Assembly: GCA_964016885.1 (NCBI GenBank)
Contig: OZ024759.1
Span: 20,584,001 to 20,648,000 of the forward strand
From: Eledone cirrhosa
Lineage: Eukaryota
Direction of reading: 5' to 3'
Length of the DNA: 64,000 nucleotides
In this document: positions 26,652 to 41,233 of the stretch, piece by piece
Position numbering within the stretch: position 1 is the stretch's first letter
Layout: each line of letters starts with the position of its first letter
The notes under the pieces: generated by a model
Databases searched by the model: none
What the model was told of the DNA's origin: nothing
What the model saw: the letters and a program-made list of their open reading frames with translations, nothing else
Made by a program: the position numbers and the translations under genes

Positions 26652-27419
26652 CACATATATAAACACTGATATATATATATTTGTATATATAAAACGAAAT
26701 TGTAAATAAATGCCACCTACATCATATATTATATCTGTCAATTTAAATGTTTATTTACTTAGGTAGTGGTAGATGGTTGAAGAGGTGGTAGTTGTGATGG
26801 TGGTATTGTTTATGGTGATAGTGTTGTGGTGGTGGTGGTGGTATTGTTTATGGAGTTAATGTTGTGGTGGTCGTGGTAGTATTGTTAGTGATATGGTGGT
26901 GGTTGTGGTTGTGTATGTAGTATTGTTTATGATGATGTTGTTGAGGTTGTATTGTTTGTGGTATGGTGGTGGTGGTGGTATTATTTGCAGTATGGTGATG
27001 TTGGTGGTATTTTTGTCATATGGTGGTGGTGGTGGTAGTTGTATTGTAGAATCTTCTCATGAGGAAGAACTCTTTAACATTGAATGTAACTATGCAGAAA
27101 TGATTTGTGTGACTCTCTCACACACACACTCTCTCTCTGTCTCAAGCACATACACACGTGTGTGTTAATGTATGTGAGATAAATATGAGTTGCACACTCT
27201 AGTTTGTAGTTTTGTTAGACAGCATTGATGTTAACCTATAAAAAAAAATATTTTCTTTGCAAAACATAGATAACTTAAGATCTTCAATAGCAAAACTGTT
27301 AAGGTAAGCTACACCTGCATGAACAACTTCTCTGCTTCTTTAGACAGTTATTATCTTATAATCTTATCATTTTGATCCCATAAAATTCTTCCCTTTTATG
27401 CAATTCTAAAATGTTTTAA

Positions 27420-28160
27420 GTCTGTTTCGTGCCTTGAGGCTCATCAGGCCGGTGCTAAACCCAGTTTCTGTTGAAGTGAGTGAGAGGACAAGACTTCCCC
27501 TGGACAGGATGATGGACCATCACAGGGTTAAAGTTTATCTCAAGCCCCGAAGCTCTTCAGGCTGGTGCTTATCTTGGATTCCATGGCGTGAAGTGACAGA
27601 GAGTACAAGACTCCCCCTCCTTGGACAGAATGCCAGTCCATCGCAAGGTTAAAGTCTTTCTCAAGCCTGGCAGTTCATCAGGCTAGTGCTTATCCCAGTT
27701 TTCATAGCATGAAGTGACTGAGGGTACAAGAATCCCCACTGGACAGGGTGCCAGCCTATCGCAGGGTTACCTACCTCCACCACATTTTCAGCTGAGTATA
27801 CTGGAGCAACATGAAATGAAGTGTTTCTCTCAAGAACACAACACACAACCCAGGATTCGAACCCATGACATTATGATAGTAAGTCCAACACCCTTAACAC
27901 TGGAGAAACGTGAAATGAAGTATTTCGCACAACACGCAAGCAACACGGTCAATGTATCCAACCCACGACATTGTGATCGTATGTCCAACACCTTCACCAG
28001 GAATAGAACCCACAATATAAAGATCCTAAGTCCAACATCCTTTCCACTGGAGCAACGTGAAATCAAGTGTTTTGCTCAAGAACACAACACACAACCCAGT
28101 CCAGGAATTGACCCCATGATCATGTGTCCAACATCCTTACCACTAGACCAGGCACCTCCA
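27420..28160 (-). mobile_element. Older SINE with internally triplicated segments
   Basis: Three copies of ctggacagg..gccagtccatcgcagggtt and three of ctggagcaacgtgaaat head fragments. Confidence 0.7.
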
Positions 28161-28427
28161 TGTGATATACTAGAGTCAATACAATTGACTTTTCAATATA
28201 ATATTCAGTTATTTAGTTATGTCAATGGATTTGATTTTCTCTTTCAAATGTTCCGGGAGATCAAGATAAAAGAAAATATAATACCAGTAATATACTGGGT
28301 TATATCCTTACCAGTAGGCCATGTGACTCTATGCTATACAATAGAAAAACCCTAATATCAATGTCTGTTACACGTGCCTTTGTAAAGTATTAGTTTATCA
28401 AGCTGGTGTGTTGCATTATATTTATTA

Positions 28428-28605
28428 TCAGTATCGGTAGAGGGTCGGACGCCATGCTTTTCGGCATAGTTACGGCCTTTTGTGGTCCGAGTTCAAATCC
28501 CGCCAAGGTTAACTTTGCCTTTCCTCCTTACGGGATCGATAAAATAAAGTACCAGTAATGCACTGGGGTAATTGCTGGCCTTGTGCCAAAAGTAGAAACA
28601 ATTAT
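28428..28605 (+). mobile_element. SINE family B
   Basis: Match to 2328-2518. Confidence 0.85.
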
Positions 28606-29607
28606 ATTTACTGTTAGATTTTCACGGTAAAGGCTTTCTTTACCTCACATAATTATCTCACATAATATTAAAACTATGAGATTTTGATATTATATATTTT
28701 GAGAACAATACCTTAACATCAGTATCAGTGGCCGGTTACAGCTGGTTTGAACAGAAAGAGGAGAGAGAATTGCCAGTTTAAATGTAAACCGGTTAATGAA
28801 TGTTTCTTGCACTACATGAAGACATTTTAATCATAAAGAAACATCACAGCGCACCACATCACTCTCCTGATACATATCTAGAAATTAAAGGATGATAAAT
28901 CTATAAGATCAAGTGATCTGTTATAGAACATACACACACATCCTTATATTAATGGCCCCCGAGTGTGCCACCTTTGTCTCTCTGAGTAGTATAACAAACC
29001 AGAATAAAACCATAGGTTTCATTCTTTCTAGTAGTAGTAGTAGTAATAGTAGTAGTAGAAATAGTAGTAGTACCTTCAAATTACGTGTTGTGTGTCATGT
29101 GATGTAGACTAAGATGTGCAATATGGAAGTTCGCTCCACCTCTCTCTCTCCACCCTCTTCTCTGTCTCTCCACCCTCTTCTCTCTCTCCACCCTCTTCTC
29201 TCTCTCTCCACCCTCCTCTCTCTCTCTCTCCACCCTCCTCTCTCTCTCCACCTCCTCTCTCTCTCCACCTCCTCTCTCTCTCTCTCTCTCTCCACCTCCT
29301 CTCTCTCTCTCTCCTCCCTCTCTGTCCACCTCCCTCTCTCTCTCTCCACCTCCCTCTCTCTCTCTCCACCTCCCTCTCTCTCTCCACATCTCCCTCTCCA
29401 TATCTCCCTCTCCATATCTCCCTCTCCATCTCTCCCTCTCTCAATCTCCCTATCCCCACTCTCTATCCCCCTCTCTATCCCCCTCTCTATCCCCACTCTT
29501 TATCCCTCTCTCTATCCCCACTCTTTATCCCTCTCTCTATCCCACCTCTTTATCCCTCTCTCTATCCCACCTCTGTCTCCCCCTCCTTCACTCTCTATCC
29601 CCCTGCT

Positions 29608-29697
29608 CACACTTACACACACATCGATACATACATGTTAAAATCAGTATATATACATATACACACACACACGCATACACACAACTAAATCAGTGAC

Positions 29698-29728
<31 letters not shown>

Positions 29729-29834
29729 TACACACACACACACACTATCCATACACACTTACACACACATCGATACATACATGTTAAAATCAGTGTATAC
29801 ACACACACACACACACACACACAACTAAATCAGT

Positions 29835-29868
<34 letters not shown>

Positions 29869-29933
29869 CACACACACACACACTATCCATACACACTTAC
29901 ACACACATCGATACATACATGTTAAAATCAGTG

Positions 29934-29969
<36 letters not shown>

Positions 29970-29976
29970 AATCAGT

Positions 29977-29985
<9 letters not shown>
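29608..29985. repeat. Three tandem ~140-bp units containing microsatellites
   Basis: cacacttacacacacatcgatacatacatgttaaaatcagt occurs three times. Confidence 0.9.
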
Positions 29986-30024
<39 letters not shown>

Positions 30025-30179
30025 CAAAATTTAAAAACAGATATGTTATATTTTTCTTTAAATTTTTGAAAAATTAGAACAATCATTAATGTATACAATT
30101 TCCAATTAATTGAAATTTTAACATCATTGAAACAACTTTTCATTTATTGATTATATATCTATTGATTTATATTTTAGTG

Positions 30180-32456
30180 GTTATAGTGTTGTTGTTGTGA
30201 GGTGGGGGCTGTGTTGTTGTTGTTGGTGGTGGTGGTTGTGTTCGTGATGGTGGTTGTGTGGCGGTGGTGTTATTAGTGGTGGTTATGTTCGTGTTGGTGC
30301 TAGTGTTGTTGTGGTGGTGGTGGTGTGGAAGCAGTGGCAGTGTTGTTGTTCTTGGTGGTGGTGGTTATGTTCGTGATGGTGGTTGTGTGGCGGTGGTGTT
30401 ATTAGTGGTGGTTATGTTCGTGTTGGTGCTAGTGTTGTTGTGGTGGTGGTGGTGTGGAAGCAGTGGCAGTGTTGTTGTTCTTGGTAGTGGTTATGTCAGT
30501 GGTGGTGGTGGTGGTGGCAGTGTTGGTGGTGTTGTTGGTAGTGGTGGGAGTGGTGGTGTTGTGTAGTGGCGGTGGTGGTGGCAGTGTTGGTGGTGTTGTT
30601 GGAAGTGGTGGTGGTGGGAGTTGTGTTATTGGCAGAAGCAGTGGTGGTGGTGGCAGTGTTGATGGGAGTTGTGTTATTGGCGGAAGCAGTGGTGGTGGTG
30701 TTGTGTAGTGGTGGTGGTGGTGGCAGTGTTGGTGGTGGTGTTGGAAGTGGTGGTGGTGGGAGTTGTGTTATTGGCAGAAGCAGTGGTGGTGGTGGCAGTG
30801 TTGGTGGGAGTTGTGTTATTGGCGGAAGCAGTGGTGGTGATGTTGTGTAGTGGTGGTGGTGGCAGTGTTGGTGGTGGTGTTGGAAGTGGTGTTGGTGGTG
30901 GTGTTGGAAGTGGTGGTGGTGGGAGGTGTGTTATTGGTGGAAGTGGTGGTGTTGTTGGTCGGGGTGGTGGTGGTGTTGTTGTGAGGTAGGGGTTGTGTTG
31001 TTGTTGTTGGTGGTGGTTATGTTCGTGATGGTGGTAGTGTTCTTGTAGATAGTGGTGGTGGTGATGGTGGTGGTGTTAGCAATGGTTATGTTCATGTTGG
31101 TTATGTTCGTGTTGGTGCTAGTGTTGTTGTTGTTGTTGTTATGTGGTGGTGTTGGTGTGGAAGCAGTGGCAGTGTTGTTGTTCTTGGTAGTGGTTATGTC
31201 AGTGGTGGTGGTGTTGTTGGTTGGGGTGGTGTTATTGTTGTAGTGGTATTGGTGGTGGTGGCAGTGTTGTTGTTGTTGGTGGTGGCTGCGGTGACAGTGT
31301 ATTTGTTGGTAGTGGTGGTGGTGTTGTAGTGGTATTGGTGGTGGTGGCTGTGTTGTTGTTGTTGGTAGTGACTGCGGTGGCAGTGTATTTGTTGGTGGTG
31401 GTGTTGTAGTGGTATTGGTGGTGGTGGCTGTGTTGTTGTTGTTGGTAGTGGCTGCGGTGGCAGTGTATTTGTTGGTGGTGGTGGTGGTGTTGTAGTGGTA
31501 TTGGTGGTGGTGGCTGTGTTGTTGTTGTTGGTAGTGGCTGCGGTGGCAGTGTATTTGTTGGTGGTGGTGGTGGTGTTGTAGTGGTATTGGTGGTGGTGGC
31601 TGTGTTGTTGTTGTTGGTAGTGGCTGCGGTGGCAGTGTATTTGTTGGTGGTGGTATTGGTGGTGGTGGCAGTGTTGTTGTTGTTGGTAGTGGCTGCGGTG
31701 GTAGTGTATTTGTTGGTGGTGGTGGTGGTGTTGTATTGGTGGTGGTGGCAGTGTTGTTGTTGTTGGTAGTGGCTGCGGTGGCAGTGTATTTGTTGGTGGT
31801 GGTGGTGGTGTTGTAGTGGTATTGGTGGTGGTGGCTGTGTTGTTGTTGTTGGTAGTGGCTGCGGTGGCAGTGTATTTGTTGGTGGTGGTATTGGTGGTGG
31901 TGGCAGTGTTGTTGTTGTTGGTAGTGGCTGCGGTGGTAGTGTATTTGTTGGTGGTGGTGGTGGTGTTGTATTGGTGGTGGTGGCAGTGTTGTTGTTGTTG
32001 GTAGTGGCTGCGGTGGCAGTGTATTTGTTGGTGGTGGTGGTGGTGTTGTAGTGGTATTGGTGGTGGTGGCTGTGTTGTTGTTGTTGGTAGTGGCTGCGGT
32101 ATCAGTGTATTTGTTGGTGGTGGTATTGGTGGTGGTGGCAGTGTTGTTGTTGTTGGTAGTGGCTGCGGTGGTAGTGTATTTGTTGGTGGTGGTGGTAGTG
32201 TTGTATTGGTGGTGGTGGCAGTGTTGTTGTTGTTGGTAGTGGCTGCGGTGGCAGTGTATTTGTTGGTGGTGGTGGTAGTGTTGTAGTGGTATTGGTGGTG
32301 GTGGCAGTGTTGTTGTTGTTGGTAGTGGCTGCGGTGGCAGTGTATTTGTTGGTGGTGGTGGTAGTGTTGTAGTGGTATTGGTGGTGGTGGCAGTGTTGTT
32401 GTTGTTGGTAGTGGCTGCGGTGGCAGTGTATTTGGTGGTGGTGGTGGTGGTGGTGT
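30180..32456. repeat. (GGT)/(GTT) cryptic trinucleotide satellite with higher-order periods (235 bp in the 3' part)
   Basis: Near-identical ORFs start at 31581, 31816 and 32051. Confidence 0.95.
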
Positions 32457-32514
32457 TTTTTTATATAACTTTTGTTGCTGTTATCATTACTGTTATAATA
32501 ATTATTAATATTTG

Positions 32515-33030
32515 GTTTGGCAATATCTGTAGGGGTTGGACGCCATACTTTGGAGCATAGAGTTATGACCCTTTGCGTTTTGAGTTCAAATCCTATCGAG
32601 GTTAACTTTGCCATTCATCCTTATGGGGTCAATAAAATAAAGTACCAGTAATGCACTGGGATAATTGCTGGCCTTGTGCCAAAAGTAGAAACGATTATTA
32701 TTGAATTGGCTGCATCGGTAGAGCACAGGACAAATTGCTTTCTATGTTCTGAGTTCAAACCTCGCCAATGTCACCGTTATCTTTTATTCTTACCTTACGG
32801 GGTCGATAAAATAAAGTACCGGTTACGTTCTGGGGTTGGTATAGTCAACTATCCCCTTCCGTCAAATTACTGGCCGTGTGCCTAACTCAGAAATCATGAT
32901 TAATCGAGCTTAGTTTTGCTTTTCATCCATTATCATGGGGTCGATAAAATAAAATACCAGTAATGCACTGGGGTTGAATTGATTGACTTTCCCCTTCCTT
33001 TAAAATTGCTAGCTAGCCTTGCGCTAATAG
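32515..33030 (+). mobile_element. Tandem SINE family B copies
   Basis: Three Nin-type cores. Confidence 0.8.
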
Positions 33031-33879
33031 TATATTTTTTATTATCTGACTACATAAAAGGATGGTGGTGATAGCGAAGATGGTGATATTGATGATGATG
33101 ATGATATTGATGATGATGGTGATAATGATGATGGTGATGGTGATGGTGATGGTGATGGTGATGATGATGATAATAATGGTGATATGATAATGATGATGGT
33201 GATATTGATGATGATAATGATGATGGTGATATTGATGATGATATTGATATTGATGATGGCTGATGGTGATGGTGATGGTGATTATGATAATGATGACTGT
33301 GGTGATGGTGATGGTGATGATGATGGTGACAATTATAATGATGATGACTATGGTGATGACTGATAACTATTATGATGATGATAATAACAATGATGACTAT
33401 AATGATGATGATGATGATGGTGATGACTAAAATGTTAGTAATGATGACTATGATGATGATGATTAAAATGGAAACAAGTAAACTACATAAAATAAATAAT
33501 TAAACAGATACATTGAAAAAAAATGTCTATCCTGAAATTAAAATTTTAGAAGGAACTTGTTTTTTTTTTCATCTCTCTTTCCCTTCATTCTATCTCTTCC
33601 TTCTTTCTTTTGCTGTCTTTCTGAGCCCTCTCTTTCTTTATCTCTCTCTATCTTTCTTTCTCTCTTTCTTTCTCTTTCTCTCTCTCTCTCTCTCTCTCTA
33701 TCTTCTTTTCCTTTTCTCCCCTCACTCTCTCTAAGCCTCTCTATATCCCACTTTTCTCTCTCCTTTCTCCTCTCACTCACTCTCTCTCCATTTTCTCCCC
33801 TTCCTCTCACACATACCTTGATTTGATTTATTATTGCAAGCGTCATCAAAGCTAGTTTTTATATAATGTATGTGTGTGT

Positions 33880-33919
<40 letters not shown>

Positions 33920-34024
33920 TCATCATCATATATATATATATTCTTTGTGTTGTATATACTTACTCGTATATATATATATATATATATATATTCTTTGTAT
34001 TTTATGTACTTGTATATATATATA

Positions 34025-34128
34025 CACAACAAGGTGTTAAAAAAATGTATACATTCTTTGATTACCTGTACAGGCAATATTTATTAGAATGTTGTTGAAG
34101 TGTGTATACATTTTTGTGATACCCTGTA
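34025..34128. mobile_element. Tc1/mariner-type MITE
   Basis: Imperfect TIRs (caaggtgt..aaaaatgtatac / gtatacattttt..accctgta) in TA context; two tandem partial copies at 45070-45275. Confidence 0.6.
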
Positions 34129-34248
34129 TATATATATATATGCATATTAACCTAAACATGCGTAGATAATTTTGGGTGTTACATGTGAACTTGCTTTCAA
34201 CTTCAGATTTCATTTACACAAAGTATTTTTTAATTAAATCAGTGGCGC

Positions 34249-34281
<33 letters not shown>

Positions 34282-34619
34282 TATGTATATATATTTATGT
34301 ATATATATATATATTTATGTATATATATATATTTATGTATATATATATATATATTTATGTATATATATATATTTATGTATATATATATATATTTATGTAT
34401 ATATATATATATATTTATGTATATATATATATATATATTTATGTATATATATATATATTTATGTATATATATATATATTTATGTATATATATATATATTT
34501 GTGTATATATATATTTATGTATTTATGTATATATTTATGTATATATATATATATTTATGTATATATATATATTTATGTATATATATATATATATTTATGT
34601 ATATATATATATATTTGTG

Positions 34620-34692
<73 letters not shown>

Positions 34693-34715
34693 TTATGTAT
34701 ATATATATATTTATG

Positions 34716-34752
<37 letters not shown>

Positions 34753-34916
34753 TTATGTATATATATATATTTATGTATATATATATATATTTATGTATAT
34801 ATATATATATATATATTTATGTATATATATATATATATTTATGTATATATATATATATATTTATGTATATATATATATTTATGTATATATATATATATAT
34901 ATATTTATATTTATGC

Positions 34917-34950
<34 letters not shown>

Positions 34951-35224
34951 GTATATATATAAAGTAGTGAACATTTTTATATATCCCTTCATATATGTTT
35001 TTCTCAAGTTCAGCTTTCTGAATGAAACATTACAGAAATAAATTAGATATTGCATTAGCAATGAAATACAATTAAATTGTTTTTAATTTGGGAAAATCTA
35101 CTAATTGCTATTCAGGGTTTATCTTCCCTCTGGTATAAATTGTGACAATACATTAGTGATGTAAATTGCATAATAAGCCACATAGCATAATAATTAATTT
35201 TTATATCCAATTATATATATATAC

Positions 35225-35292
<68 letters not shown>

Positions 35293-35499
35293 GTGTGTGT
35301 GTACATATATAAATATATGTATATATGTGTGTGTGTACATATATAAATATATGTATATATGTGTGTGTGTATATATAAATATATACATATATTTGTATAT
35401 ATGTATATGTAGTAAATATTGGTGTATGTGAAAAACGTAGCACTTTTGTTCCATGTATGAACATTGATAAATAATGTATATCTTTCTATAAGAACGACG

Positions 35500-35978
35500 G
35501 AGAGGCGGTTTTCCTCTGTCTGGTGGACGAGGTTAAAAGGACTGAGGGCAAACACCTTTCTCTCCGGACAACAACTTATCCCCTTCTTTAAGTATCGCTT
35601 AAGAAGGAAGGTGAGAGTGGAGAGAGAGGTGCTACACCCTAGTAAATTCGCTGAAAGGTGGGTGAATGTGACGAAAATGGCCCGAGTGAATGGGCCTTCT
35701 CTGTATATAAACCTGTAGGTTGAGGAAGACAAACAGGGGGAAGACAGGAACACCTACAAAACGTGTTCCTGGTGTTGAGGGTTGTTCTATCCATGGGGTG
35801 TAAAACAACCCTGCAGTAACGTTCCCCCCCTACTGGGGATTTCAATTGTTATTTTATTATATATAGTTTATTGTTATTTATTAATGTTAAAGTTATTTTT
35901 ATGTAAACCCCCCCCCCCCCGCCGTCACATCTTGTAATGTCCCATTTTTGTACGCCCTTGTGGCAAATAAAGAAAAAT
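35500..35978 (+). mobile_element. Tx1/L1-like LINE 3' end
   Basis: VWWTRLK...KFAERW...INL* (stop at 35718), 3' UTR, AATAAA near 35966 and a short A-rich tail; clade is inferred. Confidence 0.65.
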
Positions 35979-36861
35979 ATCTATCTATCTATATATATAT
36001 TTGTACATACACACACACACAGGTGTATCAGAATTTATTCTTACAACACCTGTTGAACAACTGGTTCAGTTTGTATATGCCCCATACCTGTTGTGAAAAT
36101 GCTTTGCTCAAGGACACAATGTGTTGCCTTATTTGACAATCTAACCCTTGACCTTAAGGTTATAATAAAGTGAAGGCATGCAACCTAGTGGTTAGTTAGG
36201 GTGTTGGACTTGCAATCATAATGTTGTGGGTTCAGTTCCTTGATCAGGTAGTGTTTTGTTCTTTTGAGCAAGATGCTTCATTTGCTGTTACTTTTCATGA
36301 CAGGCCTGGTGTCTCCCTATCATAATAAACTGGAAATTCTTTGTCAATGCTGTCCAACATTTCTTGAATGGAGTCTTTTATCTGTAACAAATCAACCCAC
36401 AATAATGGAACTTGATTATAACTTTTTCATCTAACTTCACCTTTAGAAATGAACCATATTATTTTGAATGTCTAATGAAAAGAATTACTGCACAGATTTT
36501 ATGGGCAAACCAACTGGCAAGATACCCAGAGGTAGACCTTGAGCAAGATGGTTTAGTGACATCCATGTGCTCTGTTGGTGTCACTTGGGGATCCAGCCAG
36601 ATCAATTGGGGTTTGTTGCTTCTGATAGGATCCTCTGGAAGGTGCGTCTGAGAACTCTACCCCCCCCCCACACCTAACCATCTCAGGAATAGGTGGGCAA
36701 AAAAGAAGAAAAAGACCTACATTACATCTTAAACATAGTGAAGTCATATGGCCTAGTAGCTAATATGTTAGACATGTAAACGTAAGGTCTTGATTTCAAT
36801 TCCTAAACTGGGCAGAACATTTTTTTTTTTTAGCAAGACACTTCATTTTACTGATTTAGAC

Positions 36862-37443
36862 ATAAGGTCAATGATTTTGGTGGGAGGGAAAGTCGATTAA
36901 ATCGAACGCAGTGCATTACTGGTACTTTATTTTCTTGAGCCAGTAAAAATGAAAGGCAAAGCTAACTTCAACAGGATTTGAACACAGAATGTCAAAGACC
37001 ATGACTATATGCTGCAAAGCATGTTGTCTGACGCTCTACTGACACTGCCTTAGAATAATTGTTTCTACTTTTGGCACAAGGCCAGCAAATATCCCAGTGC
37101 ATTACTGGTACTTTATTTTATCAACCCCGTTAGGATGAAAGGCAAAGCTAACGTCGGCAGGATTTGAACTCGGAGCATAAAGGGCCATAACTCTATGCTG
37201 CAAAGCATGGTGTCCGACGTTCTACCGATACTGCCAATCAACCACCTTAAATATAATTGTTTCTACTTTTGGCACAAGGCCAGCAATTACCCCAGTACGT
37301 TACTGGTACTTTATTTCATCGACCTCATAAGGATGGAAGGCAGAGTTAACCTCGGCGGCATTTGAACTCAGAATGTAAAGGGCCATAACTCTATGCTGCA
37401 AAGCATGGAGTCTGATGCTGTACCGCTCTACCGACACTGCCAA
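36862..37443 (-). mobile_element. Three head-to-tail SINE family B copies
   Basis: ttactggtactttat...gaaaggcaaag...atttgaac repeated three times. Confidence 0.88.
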
Positions 37444-39386
37444 TATAATAATGAAATGCAAAGTTGACCTTGAAGACAGAATCAGCCCCCTCCGCCCAGC
37501 CCCTCTCCCAGTACTGGTTTGGCAAGATTTGAACTCTGAGAGGACAGCTGGAACAAAATGCCACAAATCATTCCTATGCCCCTGCCAAATCACTGCCTCT
37601 TGCCCCAGGGTATGTAATTAGTGTTCTAATTACAATGTGTGTTGGTGAGCCATAAGGTGAAGAATAAGGAAAAAGGCGATGGCCAGGTTTATTTCACCAT
37701 AATCACCCACACACCACCATCATACCTCATCCCTTTCTCTAAGTTTCTTACACTCGAATGACCCTAATCTTTTGGATCAACTCAACACCTCCTTACTTCA
37801 CCCCCCCCCCCTTCTCCACCCCACTGCTGCAACCTCCTCCTCCTCATCATCATCATCATCATCATCCTTTTTGCCTTTTTCTTCTTTGCTTTCTTTTTCT
37901 TTTTCTGCTTCTTCTCCTCCTTCTTCTTCTTCTCCTCCTTCTCCTCCTTCTTCTTCTTTTTCTTTTTCTCCTTTTTATTCTCCTCTTTATTCTCCTCTTT
38001 CTTCTCCTTTTTCTTCTCCTTTTTCTTCTCCTCTTTCTTCTTCTCCTCTTTCTTCTCCTTTTTATTCTCCTCTTTCTTCTCCTTTTTATTCTCCTCTTTA
38101 TTCTCCTCTTTCTTCTCCTCTTTCTCCTTTTTCTTCTTTTCTTCCTAGCATTCTTCTTCTGTTTTCTTGGCCTTCTTCTTTTCTTCTTGGTCTTTCTTTT
38201 CTTTGCCTTCTTTTCTTCTTCTAATAATAATAAACATGTATGAAAAACTAAACAATAAAGCCCCAAAGACATACCCCCCTCCCTACACACACCACCACAA
38301 TTATTAATATAACCACCACAACAACGACTGCTGCCAAACACCACTCTCACCGCTACTACTGTTGCCACTACTACAAAACATCCCAACCACAACAGCCACC
38401 ACCACTACCAACTTCACCATCTTCATCGCCATCACTTTCACCACGATTCACCACCTTCACCACTGTCCCTTATTTCCCCTCCATCTCAGTGTAATTTTCC
38501 AATTACTATTATTATTATTACTATTATGTTGTTGTAGTTAAAACTGTCTTTCATTTACTCCAGACAGAAAAAACCAATCAGATTAAAAGATCAGCAATCT
38601 ATAGATTAACAAAGGATTATTGAACAGTAATTAAATAGAATTTAGTCTTCACCAAATAAAAATTATCTTACAATTGTTCTTTTTTTTCTGCTAGACACAC
38701 ATGTATATGTGTATGTATGTTTATGAATGTGTGAGTGTGTGCATGTGTTTATGTATGTATGTATCTGTTTATGTATATTTATAAAAGTGAGTATGTATGT
38801 ACGAATGTATATGCATGTGTTTATGTATGCATGTATGTGTGTATATATGTATGTGTGTGTGTGAGAGAGAGTATTTGTGTGTCTGTATGTGTTCATGTTT
38901 ATGTATGTATGAATACATTTGTGTATGTGTATATATTTATGAGTAGATGTTTGTATATGTATATATTTATGAGTAGTTGTTTGTGTATATGTACCTATTT
39001 ATGAGATGTTTGTGTGTGTATATGTATATAATGGAGTAGATGTTTGTGTGTATATGTACATGTTTATGAATAGATGTTTGTGTGTATATGTACATATTTA
39101 TGAATAGATGTTTGTGTGTGTATATATATTTGAGTAGATGTTTGTATGTATATGTATATATTTATGAGTAGTTGTTTGTGTGTATATGTATATATTTATG
39201 AGTAGTTGTTTGTGTGTATATGTATATATTTATGAGTAGATGTATATAATTATGTGTGTATGTTTGTGTAGATGCACATATTTGAGTATAGTTTTTTTTG
39301 TGTATGTGTATATATTTATGTCTATACATATATAATTATAAATATGTTTGTGTGTGTGTGTATGTATATATATATATATATATATA

Positions 39387-39721
39387 CAATGATATTAAAT
39401 AAATGGAAACTATATTTATAAAATCATATTTATTCTAATATATATATTTCAAGGGTACCAAAACAAAACTTTGGTACGCTTTCATCAGATAAAATACAAA
39501 GAGTGTTTTATAAATTTTGACATAGCCAAAGAGATCATACCTTATCAGTTGAATTTTCTTGGGTAGTACTCTTGAAATATATATAATAGAATAAATATGG
39601 TTTTATAAATATAGTTTCCATTTATTTAATATCATTGATATTTACTCCAGAAATCTATCAAGTGCTCTGAATCAGTTATAAACATTTATATTTGTTGAAT
39701 TTCCAACAAATTAAATATTCC

Positions 39722-39722
<1 letters not shown>
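39387..39722. mobile_element. Penelope-like inverted terminus with hammerhead (minus strand, about 39432-39495)
   Basis: Arms 39387-39453 and about 39571-39637; minus CTGATGA-aagcgtaccaaa/tttggtaccctt-GAAA-tatata-TA; same family as 52005-52150 and 53063-53373. Confidence 0.72.
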
Positions 39723-39752
<30 letters not shown>

Positions 39753-40595
39753 GGTTTAGCGTCCGTGTTCCACGCTTGCATGGGTTTGGACGGGGGTTTT
39801 CCCACTTGAGGCAAGAGTGGTTGTCTTGCTCGCATAGGACTGTCTGGCGGGTTTTCTACAGCTGGATGCCCTTCCTAACACCAACCACATTTACAGTGTG
39901 GGGCTGGGAGGTTTTTACCGTGTTGCCTACACGGCCACATTTACAGCGTGGACTGTGTGTTTTTTGTCGTGACACCTACACGATCTCATTTGTTTCGGCC
40001 TGGATGTTGTGGGACCAACATAACTTTACATTGAAAGGGGCGGTGTGGATGGGGTGGAGGTGGTGGGACGGGGGTGTGTTTTGATAGAGATGCCTACTGA
40101 CTGTAGTAGGTTTTTACTTTGTATTACTGAGTACCGCCAAAGGTCTCGGTCCAGTGACATTGTCTTGGAGAGGTGTAAGCGTGTGAGGTCGGAATTTATC
40201 ATGCCGTCCCAGGTTTTTCTGGGTCTGCCTACTCCGTGGCTACCGTCTATCTTTATTGCCCTGCACTTTGTTATACAGCTGTCGTCTTTCATGCGCATCA
40301 CGTGACCGTACCAACGTAGCCTTCTCTCGAGTAAACAACATCTGATCCCTCTTATTTCTAATTTTTTCCTTAGTTCGTTTATGCTTAGCCGTTCACGTAT
40401 ATTACTATTGCACATCCAGCGGAGCATGCAAGCTTCGTTCCTCTCTAGTCTGCGTATATCCTCTGCACACAATGCCCAGGTCTCACTGCCATGCAGCATT
40501 GCTGTTCGTATGCAGGCATCGTATAACCTGCCTTTCATTTTTAGGGAGAACCCTCTAGCGGCTAATAGTGGTATAAGCTCTCTGAACTTTTTCTT
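39723..40595 (-). mobile_element. RTE-clade LINE 3' fragment with 3' UTR
   Basis: KGRLYDACIRTAMLHGSETW...RRLRWYGHVMRM...GRPRKTW; UTR ends in (GAT)n. Confidence 0.93.
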
Positions 40596-40634
40596 TCTGC
40601 TTATATATATGTATTTATGAGTTATGTGTTGTGC

Positions 40635-40690
<56 letters not shown>

Positions 40691-40749
40691 CTGAAAATGA
40701 ACAAACACAGGAGGCAATAGTACACAGTTATATTAGGTTCAGGTGTGTG

Positions 40750-40806
<57 letters not shown>

Positions 40807-40895
40807 ATTGAAGTTTCTGTTGAAAATTGAAAAAGTCATAGGAGTGAAGAGTGCTCTATGTAAGTTACAGAGCTAAATTTAATGTATAATAAATA

Positions 40896-41125
40896 TCATC
40901 ATCATCATCACCGTTTTACGTCCGTTCTTCCATGCTAGCATGGGTTAGACAGGTTGTCCTGTTGTGGGCAGTGTCTGGTCGGCTGACCATGCCTTGCTCA
41001 TACAGGAACTGATTTTGGCTTGATTTCTACAGCTGGATGCCCTTCCTAACACCAACCTCATTTACAGTGAGTGCTGGGTGCTTTTTTCTGTGGCACCTCC
41101 ACGACCACTTTACAGTGTGGGCTGA
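40896..41125 (-). mobile_element. SINE A / RTE UTR 3' half
   Basis: Long-tail match. Confidence 0.85.
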
Positions 41126-41155
41126 GGAGTTTTTCAAATATTTCACTATGTTTTA

Positions 41156-41233
41156 AATTGCCTTGTCTGACGAACGAATGTGAACGTTTCTTGTATTCGT
41201 CTTATTCGGGAAACCTCTGGTAATGAGGTAATT
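41156..41233 (+). ncRNA. Type-I hammerhead ribozyme, intact core, 11-bp stem I
   Basis: aattgccttgt-CTGACGA-a cgaat...attcg g-GAAA-cc tct gg-TA-atgaggtaatt. Confidence 0.78.

Noticed and set aside
27270-27303. Possible 34-nt micro-exon (ag|...aag|gtaagc)
   Set aside because: Splice-like signals alone are expected by chance in 64 kb.
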